A stretch of DNA of 64,000 nt from positions 1,568,001-1,632,000 of the forward strand of contig OZ220733.1 in assembly GCA_965116875.1 (NCBI GenBank), given 5' to 3'. Shown piece after piece: positions 9,726 to 18,097 of the stretch. Below the pieces are notes generated by a model. It was given only the letters and a program-made list of their open reading frames with translations, was not told where the DNA came from and ran no database searches. Position numbers and translations under genes: made by a program. Position 1 is the first letter of the stretch. Each line of letters starts with the position of its first letter. Source of the DNA: Candidatus Latescibacterota bacterium. GTDB taxonomy: Bacteria > Latescibacterota > UBA2968 > GCA-2709665.

Positions 9726-10115
9726 CTATACGTTGCGTTGACACCGTTCAATAAAGGCTCTGATTAATTCAAGAACGCCATCCAGATCTATGCGGACGCG
9801 TTCGTTTGAGATCCGTAAGACTTTCAATCCACGCGCTTTGAGAATCGCATCCCGTTCTGCGTCGTACGCAACCTGACTCTCGTGCACTTCGCCATCGACC
9901 TCAATGACCAGTCCGACCGAGTGGCAGTAGAAGTCGACGATAAAGCCGTCGATGATCTGTTGACGTCGAAAGTGAATGCCATCAAGCCTGTTCGCGCGCA
10001 GGTGGTGCCAGAGGCGTTTCTCTTCTTCGGTCATCTCATTTCGCAAACGTCGCACGAACTTCAATTTGTGGGACGTAACGCGCTGACCTGTCACAATTTC
10101 CCGTCTGGTTTTCAT
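9726..10115 (-). CDS. DUF559 / Vsr-like endonuclease domain protein (129 aa)
   Basis: RRLRNEMTEEEKRLWHHLR...FRRQQIIDGFIVDFYC...VIEVDGEVH...YDAERDAIL...GLKVLRISN; visibly lower GC than core genes. Confidence 0.92.
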   Translation of the reverse strand: MKTRREIVTGQRVTSHKLKFVRRLRNEMTEEEKRLWHHLRANRLDGIHFRRQQIIDGFIVDFYCHSVGLVIEVDGEVHESQVAYDAERDAILKARGLKVLRISNERVRIDLDGVLELIRAFIERCQRNV

Positions 10116-10119
10116 TGAC

Positions 10120-11312
10120 CCCCCTCCCCCCGCAGACCTCTCTCCCCGGCCCTCTCTCCTAAAGGAAAGAGGGAGGAAAGGCTCACGTCGCGTGCCGGGC
10201 TTCTAAAAATGCCCTGATCGAAAGGAAATCGCCATCCGGCACATTACAAAGCCTGTACAACCACCCATCACCATTCCCCCTTCCTTCAGGAAGGGGGTTA
10301 GGGGGTAGGTCGGGGAAGGGGGAAGAGCAAAAGCGAAAGGCAAATTGCGAAATCATAGGCAACCCCTCACCCCGCAGACCTCTTTCCCGGCCCTCTCTCC
10401 TAAAGGAAAGAGGGAGGAAACCGGTACGTCGCGTGCCGGGCTTCTATAAACAACCCTGATTGAAAGGAAATCGCCATCCGGCACGTCACAAAGCCTGTAC
10501 AACCACCCATCACCATTCCCCCTTCCTTCAGGAAGGGGGTTAGGGGGTAGGTCGGGGAAGGGGGAAGAGCAAAAGCGAAAGGCAAATTGCGAAATCATAG
10601 GCAACCCCTCCCCCTCCCCCCGCCGACCTCTCTCCCCGGCCCTCTCTCCTAAAGGAAAGAGGGAGGAAACCGGTACGTCGCGTGCCGGGCTTCTATAAAC
10701 AACCCTGATTGAAAGGAAATCGCCATCCGGCACGTCACAAAACCTGTACAACCACCCATCACCATTCCCCCTTCCTTCAGGAAGGGGGTTAGGGGGTAGG
10801 TCGGGGAAGGGGGAAGAGCAAAAGCGAAAGGCAAATTGCGAAATCATAGGCAACCCCTCACCCCGGCCACCCAGACCTCTCTCCCCGGCCCTCTCTCCTA
10901 AAGGAAAGAGGGAGGAAACCGGTACGTCGCGTGCCGGGCTTCTATAAACAACCCTGATTGAAAGGAAATCGCCATCCGGCACGTCACAAAACCTGTACAG
11001 CCACCCGTCAACATTCCCCCTTCCTTCAGGAAGGGGGTTAGGGGGTAGGTCGGGGAAGGGGGAAGAGCAAAAGCGAAAGGCAAATTGCGAAATCATAGGC
11101 AACCCCTCCCCCTCCCCCCGCCGACCTCTCTCCCCGGCCCTCTCTCCTAAAGGAAAGAGGGAGGAAACCGGTACGTCGCGTGCCGGGCTTCTATAAACAA
11201 CCCTGATTGAAAGGAAATCGCCATCCGGCACGTCACAAAACCTGTACAACCACCCATCACCATTCCCCCTTCCTTCAGGAAGGGGGTCAGGGGGTAGGTC
11301 GGGGAAAGAGGG
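10120..11312 (+). repeat. Tandem array of five REPIN-like units (spacing 241, 249, 249, 249 bp)
   Basis: CTAAAGGAAAGAGGG anchor at 10159, 10400, 10649, 10898 and 11147; units nearly identical. Confidence 0.95.
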
Positions 11313-11515
11313 AGGAAAGACACACGTCGCGCGCCGGTCATTGATTGACACTCTGATTTACAAGGAAACGCCGCCGGTTTTCCGCTCTCCTCAGCAATCC
11401 GCTTCCATTCGATTCTTGCGAGAGTCCGATTGCAGAAGTGACAGACGTCAAAGGTACCGCTTCTTTGTCCTTCCTCCTTTTTCCTTCAGGAAGGGGGTTA
11501 GGGGGTAGGTCTGCG
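11305..11515 (+). repeat. REPIN-like unit with an alternative (type-2) internal spacer
   Basis: Spacer ...CAAGGAAACGCCGCCGGTTTTCCGCTCTCCTCAGCAATCC...GTGACAGACGTCAAAG recurs at about 23400, 23580, 30290 and 38960. Confidence 0.85.
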
Positions 11516-11527
11516 GGTCGCGCTACG

Positions 11528-14500
11528 TCAACCACCGTCAGGTACGACCGCCGTACGGCCGAAGGTGGCGGAGGCTGTGGCGAAGTCGGAAAAGTCCACG
11601 GCCCCGTCGTCGTTGACGTCGGCCTGGGGGTTGTAGCCGGCCTCGCCCCTGCGGGAACCGAAGGCCGCCGCGAAGGCGACGAGGTCCTCGAAGTCGAACA
11701 CCGGGGTGCCGCCCCGCGACGGAAGGACGATGAGGTAGACCGGATCGCCGGCGGCGTCGAGGAACCGCACGCGGACGGAGACGTTGTCCACGGCGATCAA
11801 TTCCCCCGCGGTCACGTTGTTGTCGTCATACGCGTCGATCCGATAGAACAGGGACGTCGCGCCTTCGGGCAGGTCCACGTCCGTGAACTCCGTGGATCCG
11901 GGAGGCAGCGCGGCGATCTGCTCGAGCGTGTCCGCAGACGCGCCTCGCATCACCCGGTAGCCCTTCACGCCGGGAATGGGAACGTTGTAACCGCGAAACG
12001 GAACAAAGCCCACGATCCGGTCATCGGCGGAAGGCGTCCACCGCAGCGCCGCGCCGCCCGCTCCTCCGGCCGTGGCTGAGGTGACCGGAGCGGGCGCGAC
12101 GTTGTCCACGGCGCCTACCGGCTCCCCGGTGACCGTGCGGGCGGAAACCAGCAGGCCGCCCCCGGTCGCAGAACGGATATTCTCCGGGACGGAAGCACTG
12201 CCTGTCACCTCGCCCACGTTGAGACGGACGGGAACGAAGACCAGGTCCTTCCGATCGCCGACCACGGACTCGACGAGGTCATCCGGCGCGTTGAACCGGT
12301 CCATCCGTTCCTCGCCGGCCAGGACCGGTACGGGTGAGAGGCCCAGCAGCCGCAGCGTCCGGCGTACACTCTCCCGGGTCAAGACGCGCTTTCCGGCCAC
12401 GGCCCCATGGGAACCACTGTGGCTCACCACAGTCCTGACGCCCCAGCGGGTGGCCGAGTTGTCCAATGCTGGGATCACGGCGCGCCGCACGTCTCCACCC
12501 GGCTCACCGCCCGCGCCCGGGCCGATGTTCGCCCAGTGCATCCATCGCTTCAAGGGGGTTTCGCCGTGGATTTCGCGACCGTCCGCGTCGTACCCCTCCA
12601 GCGTCGTCTCGATCTCCCGCTCGATCCGGTAGCGAACCACACCATCGCGCCGCGCGGGCTCCGGGAAGCCGATCAGTACCCAACCGCCCTGGTCGCCCCG
12701 GCCGTCCGCGCCCATATAGTCTTCGACGGTAATTGAAGCCGGTGCGGCGGGAGCGGGACTGCCTTCAGGCGCGAACCTCACCGTCACGCTGCCCGTGAGC
12801 GCGCCAACGACGGCGCTGTCGCCCATGCCAGTGACCAGGTCCCGGGCGACCGTTTGCACGGCGATGGTCGCGATTCCTTCCATATCGGCAGCCACCGCGC
12901 CGAAATCCGCGCCGCCGGCCGGCACCGTCTGCACACCCACGGGTACTTTCACCGCGGCGTGGCTGGAACTGAAGTCGACCGCCACCGACCCGTATGTCTC
13001 GGATCCGACGGTGTTGTCGATTTTTGTACTCGCGTTGCCGAATGGGTCCCCGGGCAGCACGTTGACCATGAAGGCGCCGGCGACGGTTCCGGCCGGCACA
13101 TCACCCTCCCGGGCGGTGACCACGAATCTCGAAAACTCGGCCGCCTCCACGTCCAGCGCCGTTTCCAGCCGGCCGCTGATGCGGAGCGTCGTTGCGCCGG
13201 TGGCGGGGTGTACCGTGTACTCTGCCGCCATCAGCCCGGCGCCGGAGATCGGCCGGGTGGACCTCACCGAGACGTCCCGCCGGCCCGCGCGCCACCCCCG
13301 GCCGTCGAGCACAGCGGCCCGGGCAACCCGGCCCGCGGCGGCCAGGTCCGCGGGGAGGGGGAAGGAGGGCGCCGGGCTGACGCCGCTCCCGCTGAAGCTC
13401 ACGCCTTCGAGCGCGGCGGCCTGCTCGCCGGGGACGATCAGGGCCAGCGCGACCGGAGCGCGATACGTTGCCGCGAGAACGTCGGCGCCCTCGATCCGGG
13501 TGAGCATCGTGTCCAGTACGGTGATCCGGATCGGATACTCCCGGCCCGCGACGACGACGTCCCGGTCCGACAGGGCGACAAGCCGGAACGCGCCGGCGCC
13601 TGGATTCAGGAAGCCCCGGGAGAACATGAACGTGCCGCCCCCGGTCACGCTGGCGTTGCCGGCGAGGTCGACCGCCAGGATCTGCAGTTCGTATCGGTTC
13701 CGGTCGTAGAAACCCGTGTTGTCCACCGGCCAGTTCACCAGTTCGCCGAGGGCCTCCAACCGGTGGTTGCCCGGGCCGAAGTTCTGCACGACGGCCGTGG
13801 CGCCGCCGGTCTCGAGGTAACGGACGGAAAGGGAATCCAGCTCCTCGTCGATGGAGAAGACCGGGTCCTTGCTGGCCAGGTTGATGGTGGGCTCGTCCAG
13901 GTTGTCCGGGTCCCCGGGCGCGGAGGCCTCGGAGGGAAACAGATTGCCGATCACCGGCGCTTTCTCATCGTACCAGACGTCCGGGAGGGTCCGTGTCGAC
14001 GTGTTGCCAAGGCTGTCCCAGACCTGGATGGTCAGACTGTTCCGCACGCCGCCCGCAACGTCGTACTTCCACGGGAGAACGGGCCGGGCCGTGGAATCGC
14101 CGCCGGTGGGGGCCATTTCTTCATTGACGTCCAACGTCGCCGGGTCATCCACGGCGCCACTGCCAACGCCGTGCGCGCTGTCGCCGTGGGTGATCCGGAT
14201 GGAGTCCGGAACCTCGCTGATCCGGAACTCGAGCGGCTTCAGCCAGCGTCCGGCCCGGACTGCGCCGGTCTCCCAGGGCAGGCGCTTGAGGCCCGGGAGC
14301 GTTTGCGTGACGGCCGCCGAGATCCGGTCTTCCAGGCTGTCCGGATGGGGATGGACGATGGTGATCCGGGGCGGGGACGCGTCCGCGATCCACTCCACGC
14401 CGCCGGGATCGAACACGAGAGGGCGTCCGTGGCCGGCGCGGACGGGAGACGCCGTCAGGGCATCCATCGAGCCGCCGCCCAGGTTCCCGGCGGCATCCGC

Positions 14501-15409
14501 GAGGTAGGCTTCCACCCGCACCCGCCGGTTATCGGCGAAATCGCCCTCTTCAACCCGCGCGGAGCCCCGAAGCTGCGCGCGGTAGAGCCTGTCGCCGGAG
14601 AATTCGAAGGAAACCGGCGCCGTGGAAAAGGCCGAGTCCGTTTCCACAACGCCCGCCAGGATGCGGCTTGCTCCCGCATGCAGCACGCCGGCCGTTTTCA
14701 GGCCGAACCGTATGGCAATCTCGTCTCCAATACCGAACCGGACGCGCCGGATGAGTCCCGCCTGTGTCGTATCGACGTTCAGGGCGTCCGTTTCGACGGA
14801 GAAGGACTCGAACGCGTCGGCGTGGACCGGGCGATTGGCATCGATCCCGAACCGCACCCCGTCGCCCACCCTGCCCGCGCCGAAGCCCGTGGAGGCAGGG
14901 GTGATCTTCCATGCTGTCATCAGGTTGTTCAGTTCGTCCCCGTCCGCAGCCGGGTCCAGGTCGAGCACGACTTTGGCCGAGCGGCCGTCTTCCGACTGGA
15001 ACGGCACCGCCTGAGGCGAGACGGTGATGGAGACTCTGAACGTGTCGATGCCCGACGCCTCGCCGTCGCCGAATGCGACACCGGGCGGAAGGTTGTGCAC
15101 ATCCGGTATATATATATTGTAATAGACGAAGCCGCGTGAAACGGCGCCGCCGTCGGTGACGCCGACGTCCTCGTCGCGGACCCTTGCATCCGCGACCGAC
15201 ACGCGGAATCCCTCGTCCATGATTCCGTCGTACGCCAGGACGCGAATCTCGATCCCGCCGCCGATCCCGGCCCACGCGCCGTCGGCGGGCCTGTCGACAC
15301 GAATCATGATTCCCTGCGGCTCCGCGACGTTCTGCGCGGACCCCACGCCGGCATTGCCGGCAGCCAGCAAAAACGCCAGACCCGGACCTGAAAACCTCCG
15401 CAACCGCAT
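11528..15409 (-). CDS. Secreted paralogue of 2673..7724, ending at the dockerin-like domain (about 1293 aa)
   Basis: Start ATG 15409 (MRLRRFSG, RBS GGAGG). Collinear similarity (QGIMIRVD, RVGDG..FG.DA.RP.H, VWDSLGN, EELDSLS.RY, DY.GADG.GDQGG). Ends DVNDDGAVDFSDF...RTAVVPDGG*. Confidence 0.85.
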   Translation of the reverse strand: MRLRRFSGPGLAFLLAAGNAGVGSAQNVAEPQGIMIRVDRPADGAWAGIGGGIEIRVLAYDGIMDEGFRVSVADARVRDEDVGVTDGGAVSRGFVYYNIYIPDVHNLPPGVAFGDGEASGIDTFRVSITVSPQAVPFQSEDGRSAKVVLDLDPAADGDELNNLMTAWKITPASTGFGAGRVGDGVRFGIDANRPVHADAFESFSVETDALNVDTTQAGLIRRVRFGIGDEIAIRFGLKTAGVLHAGASRILAGVVETDSAFSTAPVSFEFSGDRLYRAQLRGSARVEEGDFADNRRVRVEAYLADAAGNLGGGSMDALTASPVRAGHGRPLVFDPGGVEWIADASPPRITIVHPHPDSLEDRISAAVTQTLPGLKRLPWETGAVRAGRWLKPLEFRISEVPDSIRITHGDSAHGVGSGAVDDPATLDVNEEMAPTGGDSTARPVLPWKYDVAGGVRNSLTIQVWDSLGNTSTRTLPDVWYDEKAPVIGNLFPSEASAPGDPDNLDEPTINLASKDPVFSIDEELDSLSVRYLETGGATAVVQNFGPGNHRLEALGELVNWPVDNTGFYDRNRYELQILAVDLAGNASVTGGGTFMFSRGFLNPGAGAFRLVALSDRDVVVAGREYPIRITVLDTMLTRIEGADVLAATYRAPVALALIVPGEQAAALEGVSFSGSGVSPAPSFPLPADLAAAGRVARAAVLDGRGWRAGRRDVSVRSTRPISGAGLMAAEYTVHPATGATTLRISGRLETALDVEAAEFSRFVVTAREGDVPAGTVAGAFMVNVLPGDPFGNASTKIDNTVGSETYGSVAVDFSSSHAAVKVPVGVQTVPAGGADFGAVAADMEGIATIAVQTVARDLVTGMGDSAVVGALTGSVTVRFAPEGSPAPAAPASITVEDYMGADGRGDQGGWVLIGFPEPARRDGVVRYRIEREIETTLEGYDADGREIHGETPLKRWMHWANIGPGAGGEPGGDVRRAVIPALDNSATRWGVRTVVSHSGSHGAVAGKRVLTRESVRRTLRLLGLSPVPVLAGEERMDRFNAPDDLVESVVGDRKDLVFVPVRLNVGEVTGSASVPENIRSATGGGLLVSARTVTGEPVGAVDNVAPAPVTSATAGGAGGAALRWTPSADDRIVGFVPFRGYNVPIPGVKGYRVMRGASADTLEQIAALPPGSTEFTDVDLPEGATSLFYRIDAYDDNNVTAGELIAVDNVSVRVRFLDAAGDPVYLIVLPSRGGTPVFDFEDLVAFAAAFGSRRGEAGYNPQADVNDDGAVDFSDFATASATFGRTAVVPDGG

Positions 15410-15693
15410 TTCGTACCTCCCCGTAAGAGACCACGCGCCGATGGATACTGGAGGGAGGCAAATAGCATACCAGCGGGGAACGGAACGCAGAGAGGGGCGC
15501 ATCGGGAAGGACGGGCGCCGTGGATGGGCGGGGCCGATTGGGAAGGGTATATGGCGCGGAATGCGGACGAAGACGCGGGAATTCTTGCCAACGACGCCTC
15601 AGCCAACGGCGGGATTCATGGGGTGAGGCATCGGGCGGTGAGATCGCGGGAAGGATGGAACGATTCGTTCACGTGGGGGAAAGAAATGAGCAG

Positions 15694-15778
15694 GACAGCG
15701 ACAAGGCGGGCAACCACAAGGGTTGCCCCTACAAATGCATCGACGGGGGTCCGAGGGCAGGATGCCCTCGCTCCGGGG
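15694..15778. repeat. REP pair: GGGCAACCACAAGGGTTGCCCCTAC plus CGAGGGCAGGATGCCCTCGCTCC
   Basis: Palindromic REP-like motifs; block duplicated at about 17778-17862. Confidence 0.8.
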
Positions 15779-15783
15779 TGGAC

Positions 15784-16227
15784 CTATTCCTTCACCACCC
15801 ACACCTTGACGGTGGCGTTGACCTCGGCGTGAAGCCGGATGGAGACGTCGTAGACGCCGAGCGCGCGGATGGGTTCCTCGAGCTCGATCCAGCGCCGGTC
15901 GATTTCGAAGCCCTGTTCGGCGAGGTGCTCGGAAACGTGCTGCGCGGTGACGGAGCCGAAGATCTGGTCTTCCTTGCCCACGGCCACGGGAATGTTGCAG
16001 GATGCCTTTTCAATCTTCTTCGACAGCGCCACGGCGTCGCGCTGGGCGCGGGTGCTGCGGGCTGCCTTCTGGCGCTTGAGCTCCTCGTACACCTTCATGT
16101 TGCCCCTGGTCGCCACGAGGGCCAGGTTCCTCGGGATGAGGTAGTTCCTGGCGTACCCGTCCTTCACGTTGATTACCGACCCGGCATCGCCCAGGTTGTC
16201 CAGAGCTTCGGTGAGGATGATCTTCAT
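15784..16227 (-). CDS. rplI: 50S ribosomal protein L9
   Basis: MKIILTEALDNLG..G.V.NVKDGYARNYLIP; IFGSVT; PIRALGVY. Confidence 0.98.
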   Translation of the reverse strand: MKIILTEALDNLGDAGSVINVKDGYARNYLIPRNLALVATRGNMKVYEELKRQKAARSTRAQRDAVALSKKIEKASCNIPVAVGKEDQIFGSVTAQHVSEHLAEQGFEIDRRWIELEEPIRALGVYDVSIRLHAEVNATVKVWVVKE

Positions 16228-16294
16228 CGGGATTCCCTTTCCATCTGCGCGTTGGCCAATTGGCCCTGTTCATTAATATGACTGCAAAAAATCG

Positions 16295-16838
16295 TTAGAC
16301 GTAAGACGTGAGCCGGTAGAGATAACCCTGCCTCGCGAGGTTTCTTCTCGCGCCGGAGGCAGGACGGAGGAACATATCGGGCAAGAATTCATCTCCCGTC
16401 TCCCCTCTACCGTCTACCCGCTGTTTGGGGACCTCTCTCCCCGGCCCTCTTGAAAGAAGCCGTCAGCTATCAGCTATCAGCTAAAAGCAAAGAGCGAAAA
16501 CCAAAGGCAAGATCAAAAGCCACCGCTCCCCGCCCCGCAGACCTCTCTCCCCGGCCCTCTCTCCTAAAGGAAAGAGGGAGAAAGGCAAAGAAACCGCGAC
16601 ATGATCGGCCAATATCCGGTCCGAGGGCAGGATGCCCTCGCTCCCGGGGGGACCTGCCCCGGCCCCCTCTGAAGCGGGAAGACCTTAGCAGCCCGTTGAA
16701 AACGTCCATCCGGGCTGCGGCCGGCCCTTGCGGTAGAAATCGCATGCCGTAAAGGGTTTCTTCTCATGCCGCAGGCAAGTCGAAGGAACATATCGGCAAG
16801 GGCCCTTTCTCCCGTCTCCCCTCTACCGTCTCCCCGCT
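16295..16838. repeat. Modular repeat mosaic between rpsR and rplI
   Basis: GAGACG/CCGTCTC-bounded element (two copies), GCTATCA 7-mers, GACCT palindrome, CGAGGGCAGGATGCCCTCG REP. Confidence 0.85.
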
Positions 16839-16839
16839 T

Positions 16840-17064
16840 CTACGACATACTGTCCGTTGCAAAAGGCAACAGCGCGATCTGGCGGGCGCGTTTCAGGTGC
16901 CGCGTGACCGTGCGCTGGTGGCGGGCGCAGGTCCCCGATACGCGCCGGGGGATGATCTTTCCGCGATCGGTGACGAACCGCTGCATCAGCCGTACGTCCT
17001 TATAGTCGATCGTCAATGCCTTGTCTTCGCAAAACCTGCATACCTTCACACTGGGCCGGTTCAT
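16840..17064 (-). CDS. rpsR: 30S ribosomal protein S18 (Zn-binding C+ form)
   Basis: KVCRFC...[33 protein letters not shown]...[10 protein letters not shown]. Confidence 0.98.
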   Translation of the reverse strand: MNRPSVKVCRFCEDKALTIDYKDVRLMQRFVTDRGKIIPRRVSGTCARHQRTVTRHLKRARQIALLPFATDSMS

Positions 17065-17462
17065 GCCGCCTCCTCGTTCTCGTCGCCGCCTTCGGCGTCC
17101 GCTTCCTCTCCTTGTTCGGCTTCATGATCATCCGCTTCGCCTTCTTCCACCTCTTCCGGCTCTTCCTCCACCGGGGTTTCATCCAGGACCACCATGTGTC
17201 GCAACACCGACTCGTCCAGCTTGAATGCGCGGTCGATTTCGGGAAGGGCCTCCGGCGGGGCCTCGAACCGGATGAACGTATAGTCGCCCCGGTTCTGTTT
17301 GCCGATTGTGTAGGCGAGCTTGCGGGAGCCCAGGCGGTTGACCTCCACCGAGCGGCCGCCGCCTTCGGAAACGAGGCGGTCAAAACGCGCAACGAGGTCG
17401 TCCACCGCGCCGTCGGGCGCCTGCGGGCTGACAATGAGCGTGAGTTCGTAACGTCTGGACAT
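17061..17462 (-). other. rpsF: 30S ribosomal protein S6
   Basis: MSRRYELTLIVSP...LGSRKLAYTI...DESVLRHMVV with acidic tail; RBS GGAGG. Confidence 0.96.
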
Positions 17463-17529
17463 GAAACCTCCCCCTGGACAATTGGCCCGCGAGCAGCCCG
17501 ACCGGACAGTCACGAGCGGGGCGATGAAG

Positions 17530-18085
17530 GAAGCTGTCAGCTATCAGCCGTCAGCTATCAGTTAAAGACGAAAAGCAAAAATCAGAAGCAAGATCAAAAG
17601 CAACCTCTCCGCCCGGCCCCGCAGACCTCTCCGAAAAAGCTATCAGCTATCAGCCGTCAGCTAAAAGCGAAGAGCGAAAACCAGGATCAAGAACGAAAGG
17701 CTAGATCAAAAGCTCCACCCGGCCCCGCAGACCTCTCTCCCCGGCCCTCTCTCCTAAAGGAAAGAGGGAGAAAGGCCGGACAGCGACAAGGCGGGCAACC
17801 ACAAGGGTTGCCCCTACAAATGCATCGACGGCGGTCCGAGGGCAGGGATGCCCTCGCTCCCGGGGGGAACTACCCCGGCCCCTTCTGAAGCGGGAAGACC
17901 TTAGCAGCCCGTTGAAAACGTCCATCCGGGCTGCGGCCGGCCCTTGCGGTAGAAATCGCATGCCGTAAAGGGTCTCTTCTCGTGCCGAAGGCAAGAAGGA
18001 AAAATATACCGGGCAAGATTCCTTCTGCCGTCTCCCCTCTACCCTCTCCCCGCCACTGGGCGACCGGCCGGTCGCCCCTACAATT
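17530..18085. repeat. Modular repeat mosaic between hppA and rpsF
   Basis: Same modules as 16295-16838 (17835-17990 duplicates 16620-16770) plus a GGGCGACCGGCCGGTCGCCCCTAC REP. Confidence 0.85.
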
Positions 18086-18097
18086 TCAATTATCGAA

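Noticed and set aside
10120-11312. CRISPR array
   Set aside because: Units are about 249 bp and nearly identical throughout; no unique spacers and no cas genes.
10353-11351. 332-aa ORF of 83-aa repeats across the tandem array
   Set aside because: It stays open only because the unit is 249 bp (3x83). Dispersed copies of the same DNA (9207-9410, 9556-9744, 566-946) are frameshifted or stopped, and the composition reflects palindromes. Translation is not formally excluded.
2907-15139. Long plus-strand ORFs (707, 369, 304 and 761 aa) opposite the surface-protein genes
   Set aside because: Antisense shadows caused by high-GC codon bias; no motifs or RBS.
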